From NCBI GenBank assembly GCA_030704615.1, contig CM060731.1, positions 248,001-312,000 of the forward strand: 64,000 bases of DNA, written 5' to 3'. The position numbers and the translations under genes are program-made. The stretch is from Takakia lepidozioides (Eukaryota; Plantae; Bryophyta). Positions 32,020-44,164 of this stretch are shown in pieces; within the stretch, counting starts at the first letter, position 1; each line of letters opens with the position of its first letter. The notes beneath the pieces are model-generated. The model saw only the letters and a program-made list of their open reading frames with translations, did not search any database and had not been told where the DNA came from.

Positions 32020-32702
32020 GGAAAGGGAAAGGGAGATTGTCAATGCCGGATGTGCGGTTGGCCTGAAGACAACATCCATTTCCTGATACAATGTCGAGGG
32101 TATTCTCATGTCTAATTGCTGGGCAGCTCACACACAGCAGATTGATGCTTGGTGCCCAAAATAATTGCTTACATCAAGTCAAGTCCTACTTAGCTAATTA
32201 GTCCTACATTTGCTGTTAACATGTTCTTCTTCTGTTTGGGAGGCCCAACTGATGCACGACGGGGTTATGCTGGTGGTGTTTGGCCACTTGGTTTCCGTGA
32301 CAGCTTTCCGTAAGACAAACCCTGGCCTGCTGCTCTCTCCTCCATTTTCCTGCCTAGGTCTATTAGTGTGGGATGGTTGTATGGTGGACTCATCATTGTT
32401 CAAACTGCATGAAAGGGGGCAAGCAGAATCTGCAATATCGTAGTCAAGTAAGAAGAGAACTAGCATCAATATGGTTGCCCTAGAAATACAAACAAAAAAT
32501 ATTAGGCCCTGCAGACTTGTTGGACTTAGATTCAGATCCTTGAAAATCTCTTCTACCCTCTTCCGCCATGACTTAGCCTGGTTGACAGGGCAGTCCTGCT
32601 TCCAAGATATAGAGTCGATTAACTTAGGATATCTGGTATTAGTCATACGTTGCAGCTGACCCCACCATCTGACCTCGAATTCATCGTGTCGGGAGTTTAA
32701 GG
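32020..32702. mobile_element. Two small fragments of the RTE-X-like LINE family inside the Pack-CACTA
   Basis: 32020-32150 (+) is the Zn-finger region. 32522-32702 (-) reads NTRYPKLIDSISWKQD, and its 5' end abuts (GA)n at 32703-32746. Confidence 0.85.
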
Positions 32703-32704
32703 GG

Positions 32705-32753
<49 letters not shown>

Positions 32754-32769
32754 TTCTCCTGATACCTTT

Positions 32770-33192
32770 TCGAAAAGGGCAAAGAAGTCCATGGTGACGT
32801 CGTAAGAGCTGGAATTGTATCAGATGTCATTCTGAACCCTGCCTTGGTGGACATGTAATTCAAAAGCGGGTGCAGCAAGGTGGTTTAACTAGATGTAGTC
32901 TTTTGACAATATGGCTGAACGAGATGTGGTGTTGTGGAACGTGATGAATGCAGGATATGCATAGGAGGGGTGCGGGATGAAGGCTTTGGCATAGAGACCT
33001 ATGAGCAAATGATGCAGGAAGGGTTGAAGTTGGACCAGATCAAGTTCGTTTATGTTTATAATGCATGAACAACCATGCAAGCAGCCCTCGAAAAAGGCAA
33101 AGAGGTCCATGGTGATGTTGTCAAAGCTAGGGGTATATCAGGTGTCATTCTGAACAGTACCCACGTCAACATGTATGTCAAATGTGGGAGCA
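32770..33192 (+). pseudogene. Captured degenerate PLS-class PPR fragment
   Basis: EVHGDVVRAGIVSDVILNPALVDM*, ERDVVLWNVM, ending in VNMYVKCGS. Confidence 0.8.
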
Positions 33193-33574
33193 ACGAGATC
33201 TGTTATTATTATTATTGTTTTTTTTCCTTTTGTCAAGCCGGGTGAGGGCTTCTACCCTACTACGTATTTGGGGGGGGGGGGAGAGAGGAGGTATGGGCCG
33301 GTTTGCTGCTGTCTCTCTCCCCCTACTTAGGCCAAGGAAGACGGGGGAGGGAGAGAGGCAGCAGCTGCTGCACACAAATCCCTTCCCCCCCCCCCCGGGA
33401 GAAAAGCGAGAGAAGAGATTCAGGTTTACTTCATGGAGTTTAAGACAACCATATGGTCAACCCTGAAATCTCTGGGACTCCGTTGTGTCATATTTTGCAT
33501 GTCGAATTCAGGGGGATCTCAACCTCTTTAGGAAGGCCTAGAATTTCTCTAACTTCCTGGTTATTGTTGATAAG

Positions 33575-34320
33575 TCACTTTTGGATGTGTTACGAGAGGG
33601 TATCAAGTCTGGCCAGATCCTTTCTTTGTACCGGGGACTTGCAACTAAAAATCTGCAGTCAGTCATTTCCCAATTCAACTACTTTTATATCTCTACCTCA
33701 AACAACTTTGGGGCTCCGCTATATGTGGGATCAGTTGCATGAGCTTGTCCCACGGTCAATTTCTGGGCGAGCCGACTCTTTGCTGCAGGCTTTTGAATTC
33801 GCTATTGTAGTGATGACTTTTTGCAAATTGCAATAGTGAGTTCATATGGACTCCCAACCAGGCAAGACTCAGTTGACCCTCAAGCGCTGAAGTCCTCTGG
33901 CTCTTATAGAATGAAAGTTCTGGGAATTATTTGTCGGAACTCTGGTTTGAAGACTACAGCAGTATCATATTTTTTGGGTAGGGTAGACTTTGTTAGTGAC
34001 TTACAGCATTCGCACAGGGTAATGATACTGTGCTTTCTTAGTCTAGAGTGGATTTGTGCTTGAGATTACAAAGCTGGCTATATGCACTTGCTTGTTGGTT
34101 CCTGTTGATTTATGCAAGCCAACACTGAGTTTCTGGCTGGCTGCAGTATACAGTCTTTGAGCAGTTGCGAGAGGGCCTGCTCCAGTCTAGAAGAGCTTCG
34201 CTCGTGGGCAGAGGAATTGTGTCAGATGCTGCTCCAATTGCATTGTCAGCCTTCCAAGCTTTTCTACTGGGAGCCTTATCCAAGACCATCGCAACTATTA
34301 TCACATACCCTGCCTTTCAG
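33575..34320 (+). pseudogene. Captured exons of a peroxisomal adenine nucleotide carrier (PNC-like, mitochondrial carrier family)
   Basis: 33575-33690 reads [37 protein letters not shown]. 34147-34320 reads YTVFEQLRE...SAFQAFLLGALSKTIATIITYPAF and has its splice acceptor. Confidence 0.8.
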
Positions 34321-34954
34321 TAAGCCCTCTCTGACCATTTCCTTCCTGTCTCTTGACTGCAGGCAGGAGTTGGGTGCCCTTGGAGGAAGGGATATCTGGC
34401 AGCGTGCATCATCCCGCTGTATCTTAAATCACAAGACTAGCCAACAATTACTACTGTCTGAATGGAAGTTTGAGCAGCAATGCTGAGGGATAACTCTGGT
34501 TGCACAAGGCCATTGTGGTGTTCTTTTTCATCTCGATCAAAAGTGCCTGTGTTTCCAAATTTGGGCAATTCATTAAGCAACAGTCTTTCACATGCCAGTG
34601 ACTGTTCACCAAGCATAGTGGTCAAGTAAGCCAAGCTCAGCCAAGTCAAATAAGCCATAGCAGGTAAGCCAAGCTCCACAGTTGCCGGCCAGCCCGCTGG
34701 TGTTCAGGTGGGGATGGCAGAAGCCAGTCCTCAATCGGGCGTGGAGCCCAAGCAAGGTAGTGGTTGTCCAAACGTGCCTACCATCAATTAAACTTTACTT
34801 CTTTTGCTACTGCTTCTCAATTTGGTCTTAGACTAACTTGGCATGAACTTTTCTTATCAGACTCGCAAGACACAGAAGAAGAGCAGCAGCAGGAGGGAGA
34901 CGGAGCACACTGTGGTGACGTTGATTTCTTAAGCCTAGTAGGTTGTTGCTGATC

Positions 34955-35785
34955 TGCAATTGGCATTGACTCAATGAAAGAGCTGTTTGCAGTTATACTC
35001 CTCAAAATGCGTTACTTTGCCTTGTCAGTTTAGCATAGAAGTATTGAATATCACCTTTAAAGAGATATTGCAATATGGGTACAGTCCACACTGTTATGAG
35101 CGCCCTCCTCAACATTTGCTTTAAGTCGGTTGATTTGTGAGAGTTGCATGACCCAAGTTTTGTGATTTTTCCCATATCCCGACCCGTGGCCGACCCGCGG
35201 GATATGGGAAAAATCACTAAACTTGGGTCATGCAACTCTCACAAATCACTGCCTCATCCTGTATCTAATCAGGGTTGTGCATCCAACCTACATTCAACCA
35301 TAATGTATAACCGCAATTTTGTCATGATCAACCGACTTAAAGCAAATGTTGAGGAGGGCAACTTCTGGGTGAATAAACCCTAAGTCATTGAGGAGCAATA
35401 ATCAGGTAGAAGTCATAGTTTTTGTGTTTCCACAAGTGTATTCTCTCTTGTTCTTATTGTTCGTCCTCACACCTAGTAGAGGGCCTCAGGTCTGTTGTGG
35501 TATGACTTGTCTCAGGTTTTGGTAGTAGAAATGATCCCACTCAGGGTAACAATTGTTCAGCTATCATTTAGGAAAGATGAGATAGTTAATGCCAAGCTAA
35601 TGAAAGGAACACATCGGAAGCTGGACCTGTTCGTTGGACTAAAGCGAGGATTGGTGTGTCACAGCTTGTTACCAGATCGAAAGCTGAAATACCTTGCTCA
35701 ACAGCCCCTGACAGCTTTGCATTCCTCAAAGGAGGTGGATTATGTGCTACTCTACTGGTACTGGGAGGACTGCCTGAAACGCAGG
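34955..35785 (+). pseudogene. Captured exons of a NOC1/MAK21/CEBPZ (SWA2-like) ribosome-biogenesis gene
   Basis: IGIDSMKELFAV (about 34958-34995), then an AG..GT-bounded exon 35664-35785 reading LLPDRKLKYLAQQPL...LLYWYWEDCLKR. Confidence 0.75.
35102..35359. repeat. Nested fold-back (MITE-like hairpin)
   Basis: Inner arms 35131-35181/35198-35248 (51 bp, 1 mismatch); outer arms 35102-35134/35327-35359 (33 bp, perfect). Confidence 0.9.
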
Positions 35786-37449
35786 TGTGCCATGCAAATG
35801 TTTCGATTGTAGGATGTTTGTCAAGTAATATAACAAGCATGGATCATTGTAAGACTTGAAAGATGAGGGGTGTTGATTGTTGTTAAGTATGACTTGTAGT
35901 GCTCTTCAGCACTTCCCGGGTTGCAATCCAGAGTAAACTACTGTCAGACAAGTTTTAACAAGGCACCAGGAGGGGTTTGAAAGGAGGCTTTAAGCTGGTC
36001 AACATTTGGAGTTCGAATTGCCATTGGGCTTAATATGAACATTTCAATGAAGCGTCATTTGGAAACCGTTTGGTAGCAAGTAGATCTATGCGCAATGTTG
36101 CATGCCTTTGCCATGCTGCTGCTTCTGTTCGTGTGCAGGGTCTGTATACTGATTTTGTGTATGTGTAGTATGTACGCATGTATGGAATTTTAGAATTGCA
36201 GTATGTTCCTATGAGCAGCACTACATTTCCAGGAGTGTACACAATGTCACAGTTTGACATGCAGAAGCACAGTCAGAGTGTGAACAATCCCTCACCCTAG
36301 ACTCCCAAAATCTGTGAACTTTCCCACCCACATGTGGAATCACCCACATTGGCGTCATGTGGCCACAACCACCTCCTCGCACATGTCATTTGCGTCCTCA
36401 CTCCACGTGGCCCCCCTGGTTTTCCATAACCCACGGCCCCCCCTAGTTTTCCATAATCCACGTGTCATCCCCAAATTATTCCACGTGGCCCCCACAACCA
36501 TGTCCAAAAATTCACGTGTCATCCCCCTATTATTCCACGTACCCCCTACGCCATGTTCAAAATGCCACATGTCATTGCGACATTATTCCATGTCGCGTGG
36601 CAGGAGCGATCCAGGGCTGCCACGTGCCGTCTCCTCCACGTGGCACGTGGCAATGTCCAGATGGCGCGCCATGTGCGCATGTCCAGGTGGCATGACACGA
36701 TGGCATGCCCAAGTGGCCAGCCACGACCACCATTGTCCATGTCAGCTGTGGACAAAGTGTGGCATGGTCGTTTCCACAGAGCCACCGTTTGCAACAGGTG
36801 TCTGAATCTTCACGTCTGTTTACACACTTGATGAGGGTGTGACCCCTGGCTGTTTTCACACCAAATTGTGTGAATTAGAACATGGCAAAAACCAGTTTCT
36901 GTTGTAGTGGATCAACTACCCGATGCTAGTCTATTCGCAGTAGAACTGCGGGCTGATGATTGGTTAGATTGGCAGTGACCAATCAGATACTATTTGACTC
37001 ATGGACAGTGCCCACCTAGTTATGGGAAGGAGCAGAGAAAAAGAATAGCCATCAAGGCTTTACCATACTCTATGATAGGATGAAAACTTTATAAGCTAGG
37101 ACCTGATGGAATACTGAAGAGATGCTTGTACCATCATGAAGTTAATAAAGTCTTGGAAGAAACTCATAAAGGAGTGGCTAGAGGACATTTTGGAGAAGAC
37201 ACTACCAGTAGAAAAAAATATTACTTGCAGGATACTGGTGGCCTACATTATTCAAGGATGTACAGAATTTTTGCAAGAGCTGTGATGAGTGTCAGAGGCT
37301 AGGACCTTTGCAGAGATCTAGGAAGATGGCTTTGCATCCTACAATGCCTACTGAACCATTCCAAGAATGGGGATTGGATTTTGTTGGCCCAATCAACCCA
37401 CCAGCCAGGAACACCCAGAACAAGTATATAGTCACAGCGACAGATTATA

Positions 37450-37621
37450 AAGTATGACGCCTCCCGAAGGGAGCGTAACTTATGGTGTCTCTTCACCACA
37501 AGGGCTACTGCCTTCCAGCTGAAAGGTGGACACCTTCATGACACACCAGACCGTGGTTTGAACCCACAACCACATCCAACGTGGTATGTGCCCATTACCA
37601 CTGGGCTACATGTTGGTTGTC
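37450..37621 (-). mobile_element. tRNA-derived SINE inserted in the gypsy integrase
   Basis: TSD GC(G/C)ACAGATTATA (37437-37449, 37622-37634). Pol III box A TAGCCCAGTGG (37598-37608) and box B GGTTCAAACC (37555-37564). 3' TTCG-loop hairpin and T-run. Confidence 0.85.
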
Positions 37622-38589
37622 GCCACAGATTATACTACTAAGTGGGTAGAAGCCAAAGCAATGCGAGATAACACAACGAAATCTACAGCTAGATTTCTTT
37701 ATGAGAACATAATCACAAGATTTGGTTTCCCCTTAGAATTCCTCAGTGATCAAGGGAGTCATTCATCAATGAGACTTTTGAACTACTGACCAAGGAATTT
37801 ATGATTGTGCACAGGAAGAGTACAACCTATTACCCACAGGGCAATGGGCAAGCAGAGGCCACCAACAAGATATTGTGCACTATCCTTGCTAAGATAGTCA
37901 ATGCTAACAGAACAGATTGGGATACAAAGTTGTTAACAGCTTTGTGGTCTTACAAGACTTCATACAAAGTCACTACAAAGTATACACCATTTCAATTAGT
38001 CTATGGCATGGAAGCCCTACTTCCCGTGGAATTCTTGTTACCTACCATGAGAACTGAATGGGGAAGGAGAATAGAATTGGAAGATTCAATTAAAGTAAGG
38101 AAACATGAACTATATCATGTAGAAGAAGTTTGTGCTGATGCAGTAGATAACATGACCAGAATTCAGATGAAAAGGAAAGATCGGTTTGATGAAGGCAAAT
38201 TTTTAAGACATGAGACTTGGTACTGTGGTTGCAGAAGAAGGGAGAGATTAAATCTTCTAAGCTTAAGTCACCATGGAAGGGACCTTATGTCATACAGAAG
38301 ATGTATGATAACAATACAGCCATATTACAAACGATTAACAAATAAATGCTTAGTAGAGTCAATGCCAACAAATTAAAGGGATACAGTGGTATCCATGATA
38401 GACCATTACAACATGATTTGAATTTCAAAGCAGAGAATGAGCAACAGACTACACCACCACCACCACCAGAGCATGAAGTGCATGTCATGATGCCTCATAT
38501 GCATGGTCATACGAGAGAACACAGGGGTTCTCACAACCAGCACAGGCCAGCATAGGCCACACAGGTAGACACGAGTTAACAACGGCGAA

Positions 38590-39398
38590 GTGGCCAAGAA
38601 GTAAAAAAAACAGTTTGGGAGTCAAACTCGGAGAATTTGCCACGGGGCCAAAAAGAAACGGGAGAGTGTTTGAACTCAAACACGTGGCTTAAGGCGCATG
38701 GCTCTCCGCATTGCATATACTACAATAACGAGCGCCATCACACTAAAAGACAAACTGGGCCGCCGAAGTACCCGCCCGGTACTTCAGCCGAAATCTATCA
38801 CAAACCAATAAATGCATCGAGGGGACAGGAGAAGAAAAACCTTACGCGATCGGCAAAGGGTAATCTTTGCCGAATATATACTCATGTTGGTCATTCAAGA
38901 ATGGAATATGAAAAGAACAGGGTAATATTGAAAAATTACCTAATGACCCCACGGCCAATCAGCAACGAGAATTCTGTTGCGGGAACTCCATTAAAGAAAC
39001 AAGAACAAGAAGTTAAGAAAATTATGTGCGACAGAATTGGTGTTATCCCGGATAACCATTGCCTCGGAGGAGCAATCAAGACTATGGCCCTACAGCTATG
39101 GCGGGCATTACGGACTACACGTTAGCTCTACTCCTTACGCAGTGGCACAAGGAAGGACAAGACGAGCGTACCTTCTCTCTCAACCATTGTTTGCAAGCCC
39201 TGCAGGCTTACACACATTTGTCTGTTCCATTTTGCGCAAACCATACTTTCATGTTGTACGCGTTGCAGAGCTTCTTGCAACTATTCCAAACAAGACCTTC
39301 TTATTTGGTTGGTATGAAGCGAATCAGAGATATGGAGGACATGTGGGTGAAGAGCACACAGGTATTTCAAAAGCAGAACATTGCCGCTCCAGAGGCAA
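38590..39398 (+). pseudogene. Extra ORF 3' of gypsy pol; continues at 59354-59900 after the Dualen insertion
   Basis: Frame is continuous across the TSD: VFQKQNIAAPEA|MQLLKDLRLETLMRKDW..FIRNFD. Degenerate; function unknown. Confidence 0.65.
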
Positions 39399-41116
39399 AG
39401 AAAAAGAAGAAGAAGAAGACTACGGCCTAAACCGGCGTAACTAAGAGTCGCTTCGCCTTGCGGCTATTGCCCCTTCTCAGGGGTGGGCCCTATAAGAACA
39501 GATGTCCATGGGACATCATATGTCAGGTGATAATGGGGGAGGAAGGGGAAGATGCACTTATGGCGCTGAGGGTACCGCGTGGTACCCGTGGGCCCCAAGG
39601 CGTACAGGAGTACCAGGGGTACCCAGCAGCTGCCAGGAGGCCTAGGGAACTGGGGGAGACTTGATTCAATCTGTCGTTTGTTGGTGATGATGGCAGTGAG
39701 AGATCAGAGCGCGGTGAGGTGGATGGCTTTGGAGCACTTATGGATAGAGGTGAGGGGGATTTGAAAATTGTTTTGAAGGGCCGAGATACTGTCATTGCGG
39801 ATGCCTCCTCTGGTGCCGGCCATGATGACAGTAAGTATGCTAGTGGCCCACCCCTGCTGACGGATAGCCAGGATAAGAGGTACGTATTTTTGACGTTTTT
39901 CAAGAATGGCGGGGCGGGAAAGCGGCCATGGCAGTACGTAAATTCGATGAAATGTATGGTGGTGGCTGAGGAGGGTGTCGAGGGGGGTGGGCTGTTGATG
40001 GGGAGTCCCTGAGCAAGAATGATGTCTGGGCATAGCCTAGCAGGACAGGTGCATGACAAGTGAGGCCGACATCTATAGGGAAGCAACCAAGCAAGCACCG
40101 TATGGTCCGGGGGCCTGCCTTGATAGGTGCCCGCGTTGATCAGAGTGAGCTATCTAGTTTTCGGGCAGCGTAGTAAGAGTTTATGAATATGCCATACGGC
40201 GTGGTTATGTCTGGCGATGCGAAGCCCATGTATGACTGGGTGAGGGCATTCGCTGAGAAGATGGGGCCAGATGTCTCGTGTTGCGTGGATGTGGGAGCAT
40301 AGTGGGCAATGCGGGGATGGGAATAGGGACGGCCAGAAAGTATGCTTGCATTGATGGCCCATATATTGGGCGTATCGGAATTTAAGTGTTTGTCGTATTT
40401 GTGCGTTAGACGCAGCGTTGGTGTTCCAAAAATGGTTTGATAGTTTGTGGTGTAGGACATTGGAGAGGGTCCATTTTTGGATATGCAATTTGGTGTGGCT
40501 TAGAGGGGGGATGCTAGAGTGTGAGCCTAGCCACGTGAGCCCAGGAGCCTGGCGTGAGCCCAGGACACGTGGCATGATTTTGGGAAAGATGCGGCGTCTA
40601 TTTCCGTGGAAGAGGATCCATTACCGCAGAAACACGTCTTCATCCATATTAACCCTGCAACCCCAAACAGAAACCCTAACCCTTGTTAGCCTTAGGGACC
40701 CACCTCAACCCCGACAGTGAACCTCGTCATCCCGCCCCTGTGCATGATATTGCGCACTGACATCATCCATGGGACCATCCATGCATGCAACATTCATCCA
40801 CAGTGTACATCCAATCGGGGTTCATCCATCCAACCAAATTTTGGTGTGATGGCATATGTCGAATGACTGTCTACTGGACTATGCACATATTCATCTTTGT
40901 TGAAAAACTTTTATTGAATGCACACGGTTGAATTTGAGAGCAATGATTAGAATGAAAACACTTTCAAATTCGCAGGACGCGGGGGAGAGAATGTTTCAAT
41001 TCAGGGATGTGAATTTCATTGTAGTCCGTGGTCATTACAACGGATGGTGGGAAGAAAAATGGTGGTGCAACGGAAAACGGAGAGTGTGTCCCCTCATGTT
41101 CCATAAATGAATGCCC

Positions 41117-42060
41117 TCAAGTACATCCGTAGGTGGTATCAACACTGCTACTGTTACCACCTGAATCTGCTGAACTGCTAGAAGTACTGCTACCACCTGA
41201 AACTGTTGCACTATCATCTATGAAGACGTGTCTGAGCGTCTTCCTGGAACTCCAACGCAAAGGTAGGGGAGAAAGCACAGCTGCTCGCACACGACCAATG
41301 TCTTCCGCGTAATCGGGAAGGACATAATTAGGAGGTAGGCTCCAACACAAGTCCCTCAAGTATATGGAAAACAGGGGCCACGGGAGTGCGTTCACATTCC
41401 TGCAATCAGAAATGCACCATTTGGGTAACAATCAGACAACAGAAGGGGACCCGACAGAGCATATACACAGGGATCAAATAGACAGAAAATGAACTTACTC
41501 ACATGAAAAGTCATTGTCCAGGTCTTTGTCGTCACCGTCGAGGATATCAATTTGCGCAGTGACATCCTTGACATTGGAGGTAGACGAGGACTCGGCGAGG
41601 AGGCCAGTGAAAATATCTGCATCTTTTTCCATACCAAACAAGTGCCTGCCATCTGCCTTGCAAGCATGGTAAGAAGTGCCTGCAAGAGACAAATTGAAGG
41701 AATTAGAGTTTTAGAATATTGAGTAAAGAAGGTGCAGAAGAAAAGAAATCGATGACAAAGGCAAGAAGAGAAACATGTGTCGAGAGTGAGATCTATGATG
41801 CGGGCCCCTGGCCGAGAACAACTCTCAATGATCGTTTGGATAAAAGCCGGGCTTTTTTCACGGGCCCCTCTCCAAGGCGTTCCATTTGGCTTTCGCAAAC
41901 ATACGTTGGAGTCGACATAGTTGTAGTGCATGTCGTCGACGACAGGATCGAACCTCTCGTTTATGAAACATCATCCCCCATGAAGCTCAAACTCTATCAC
42001 TGTGGTGGGAGTCGACAGTGGATGTACCCTCACGAGACAGACGGCCTCAAATAGACGGGT
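41117..42060 (-). pseudogene. Intron-containing N4-cytosine/N6-adenine DNA methyltransferase-like gene (beta-class SAM-binding half)
   Basis: GT-AG exons 42060-41775, 41679-41499 and 41399-41117 splice in frame to EKSPAFIQTIIESCSRPGARIIDLTLDTCTSYHACKADGRHLFGMEKDADIF. This resembles the N6_N4_Mtase pattern KP..L...I...S..GD.VLDPF.GSGTT..A....GR...G.E.D..Y. One in-frame TGA; no DPPY/SPPY exon found. Confidence 0.72.
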
Positions 42061-43190
42061 CTGCGATGAAGAGGACAATAATTAGTGAGTAATGTTTCAT
42101 AGCACATTTGATCATTTTTTTTTTTTTTTATTTTTTGGTTCCCTCCTCTCCTTCCCCCCCCCCCCCCCCCCCCCGAGAGAACTGAGTGCGTCAACGCACT
42201 CAATTTCTTCATGATCATGATTTCAGGATGATCATCGACGACAAGTGCGGGTCCGGATTTTCACCCCGGATACCCGGCGGGTTTTGGGGGAAACCCAAAC
42301 CCCCAACCCCCCCCCCCCCTTGAGAACTGAGTGCGTCAACACACTCAATTTTTTCATGATCATGATTTCAGGATGATCATTGACGAACTGGAGATGGGCA
42401 AGTTGGAGGACGTCGGCTTTCGTCTGCACCGATCTGTGGCGTAGACTCTTGGTGGCCTTGCTGCTATGGTGCCTCCTCCAGACGATACTTCGCATGCCAC
42501 AAGAAGGAATGGCAAAACAGTGCATCGGGTGGCTTCAAGGCCTGATCACGATGCAAAGGTGGAATCGGCCAGACTACTTCAAGCTCGGGTAACAGGAACT
42601 ATGGAAGTACCTTCACCTGGGTATGGACGGGTTTATACTTCACATCCTGGGTCTGTTTTTGCACGACAGGGCCTATCAGGTGACGGTGGGAAATTTTTCC
42701 GGGGTGTACCTGTCCCGACTTCGTGTGCATGCGTGAGGAAGCTCTAGGAAAGAGAGGGAAATGGGTTCCCTGCAATACATCTTTTTGCGCAGGATGTATT
42801 GTAATCCCAAAAGAGACCAAATCATTCACCAGGCGACACTAGGTCCTGGTGAGGTACGGACACTTTTGCAACGAGACATTGGCAATATCGAGTAGTGTTG
42901 CATATGTTGCGATTTTTTGCAATGTCGGAAAGGGCTGCCTTGTTTGTAGAACATGTATACACATTTCTTAAATCTGGACAAGCAGACGATGTCTCGTTAT
43001 GAAATGTAGTTTATTTTTTTTCATCGGGTTTGGTTAACGAGCCTCTAAAATTGAGTGCGTCAACGCACACCACTTCTGCCCCCACCCCCAATATTGCCCC
43101 GGGCCAAAAAAAAAAAAAAAAAAAAAAAAACTTTTTTTTGTTCGAGGGCCTGCCAAACATGGACAAGTGTCAGTATGAAAGCTCATTTTA

Positions 43191-43410
43191 TTACTTAGAG
43201 TAGGTGCGTGCGATCTTCAGTAGATGTTTGTTAAGCTTTTTTGGTGCTGAGAAGAAAGGGCTGTGGTCAGAGTTTATGATACGAATCTTTCCGGGGTGAT
43301 TGTTGGGATCAGACAAGAATGCTTCAACCTGTGCTTCAGCAGGAAGAACTCTGAAGAACTCTGTCTTCCAATGTCTTTGATGTACACAGCTGGAACCGTT
43401 CCGTGCTTCC
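43191..43410 (-). pseudogene. Captured 3' exon of a methylesterase (MES, alpha/beta-hydrolase)
   Basis: KTLEDRVL..., then IRIINSDHSPFFSAPKKLNKHLLKIA* (catalytic Asp and His motifs). A small duplication causes a frameshift. Confidence 0.75.
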
Positions 43411-44164
43411 TCTGAGCTGTATATGAAATAGCATCTGGAAAGGGGTTTCATCATCCGTATCAACCTTTTTTTCTTCTTCCCACTTTTCCACATTGGTCTG
43501 CAGAAGTTGTGAGGGAATCAATGTTAACATATATTGTAGCAAGACACTTTGCTGCACTGCTACTCTCCTCCAAGCCCTTGCATCCTAAAAATTGAAAGCA
43601 CCCTTCATAAGGAACTCAATACCACATTTCCCGTTCCCAGCAGAAAACGGTGACGTAACAATACAGACACATCCACAAAGCTGCTCCTCACTTGGTACTG
43701 GTCTACAGTACACCCCAGACCATATGCAGAGTAATGTGATAGATAGTACAAACACCTGACCCTGCCCCCACTCCGAAAATGTAAGGCACCCCCTTCTCCA
43801 AAGAACTGATTCAGACACATGGTGGCACTGGTCAGTGAATACAACCATGGTATTTTCAACCACTCAGCCAAACACAGATCATGTTCTCTGTAAATGAGTG
43901 CCACACAGGTTTGCCAGATAACACTTCGTACACCTATGCCTTTCATTCAACATGAGGAAAAATTTCTGAGGTGGAGTGAAGATTGAGTGCTAGGGTGTCA
44001 CATATTTTTGTGAAATACAACCACCTCAGTAGGTATCACTTCTGAAATGAGATAGTTGTTTGGCACTCCCATTTCAGATTGACTTGTGTTTTGTCACATC
44101 AATCTACGACTCTTAAGGTATGATGGCTGCGAGGTCAAAATGGGAACATTGCGTAAAAAAACTT

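Larger units (their letters stand above)
29223..36909. mobile_element. Non-autonomous Pack-CACTA element, 7687 bp
   Basis: TIRs CACTACAAGAAGAATTGGTTTTTGTCAT and (reverse complement) CACTACAACAGAAACTGGTTTTTGCCAT, 23/28 identical. 3-bp TSD GAT (29220-29222, 36910-36912). Removal restores the gypsy frame. CCACGTG-rich subterminal repeats at 36320-36780. No transposase recognised. Confidence 0.93.

Noticed and set aside
35890-35902. CTTGTAGTG as the right end for the 26613 CACTA terminus
   Set aside because: No extended TIR similarity, no CAA TSD, and it lies inside the inner element.
36314-36859. Stack of overlapping ORFs and G-box (CACGTG) cluster as a gene or enhancer
   Set aside because: Explained by GC-rich CACTA subterminal repeats.
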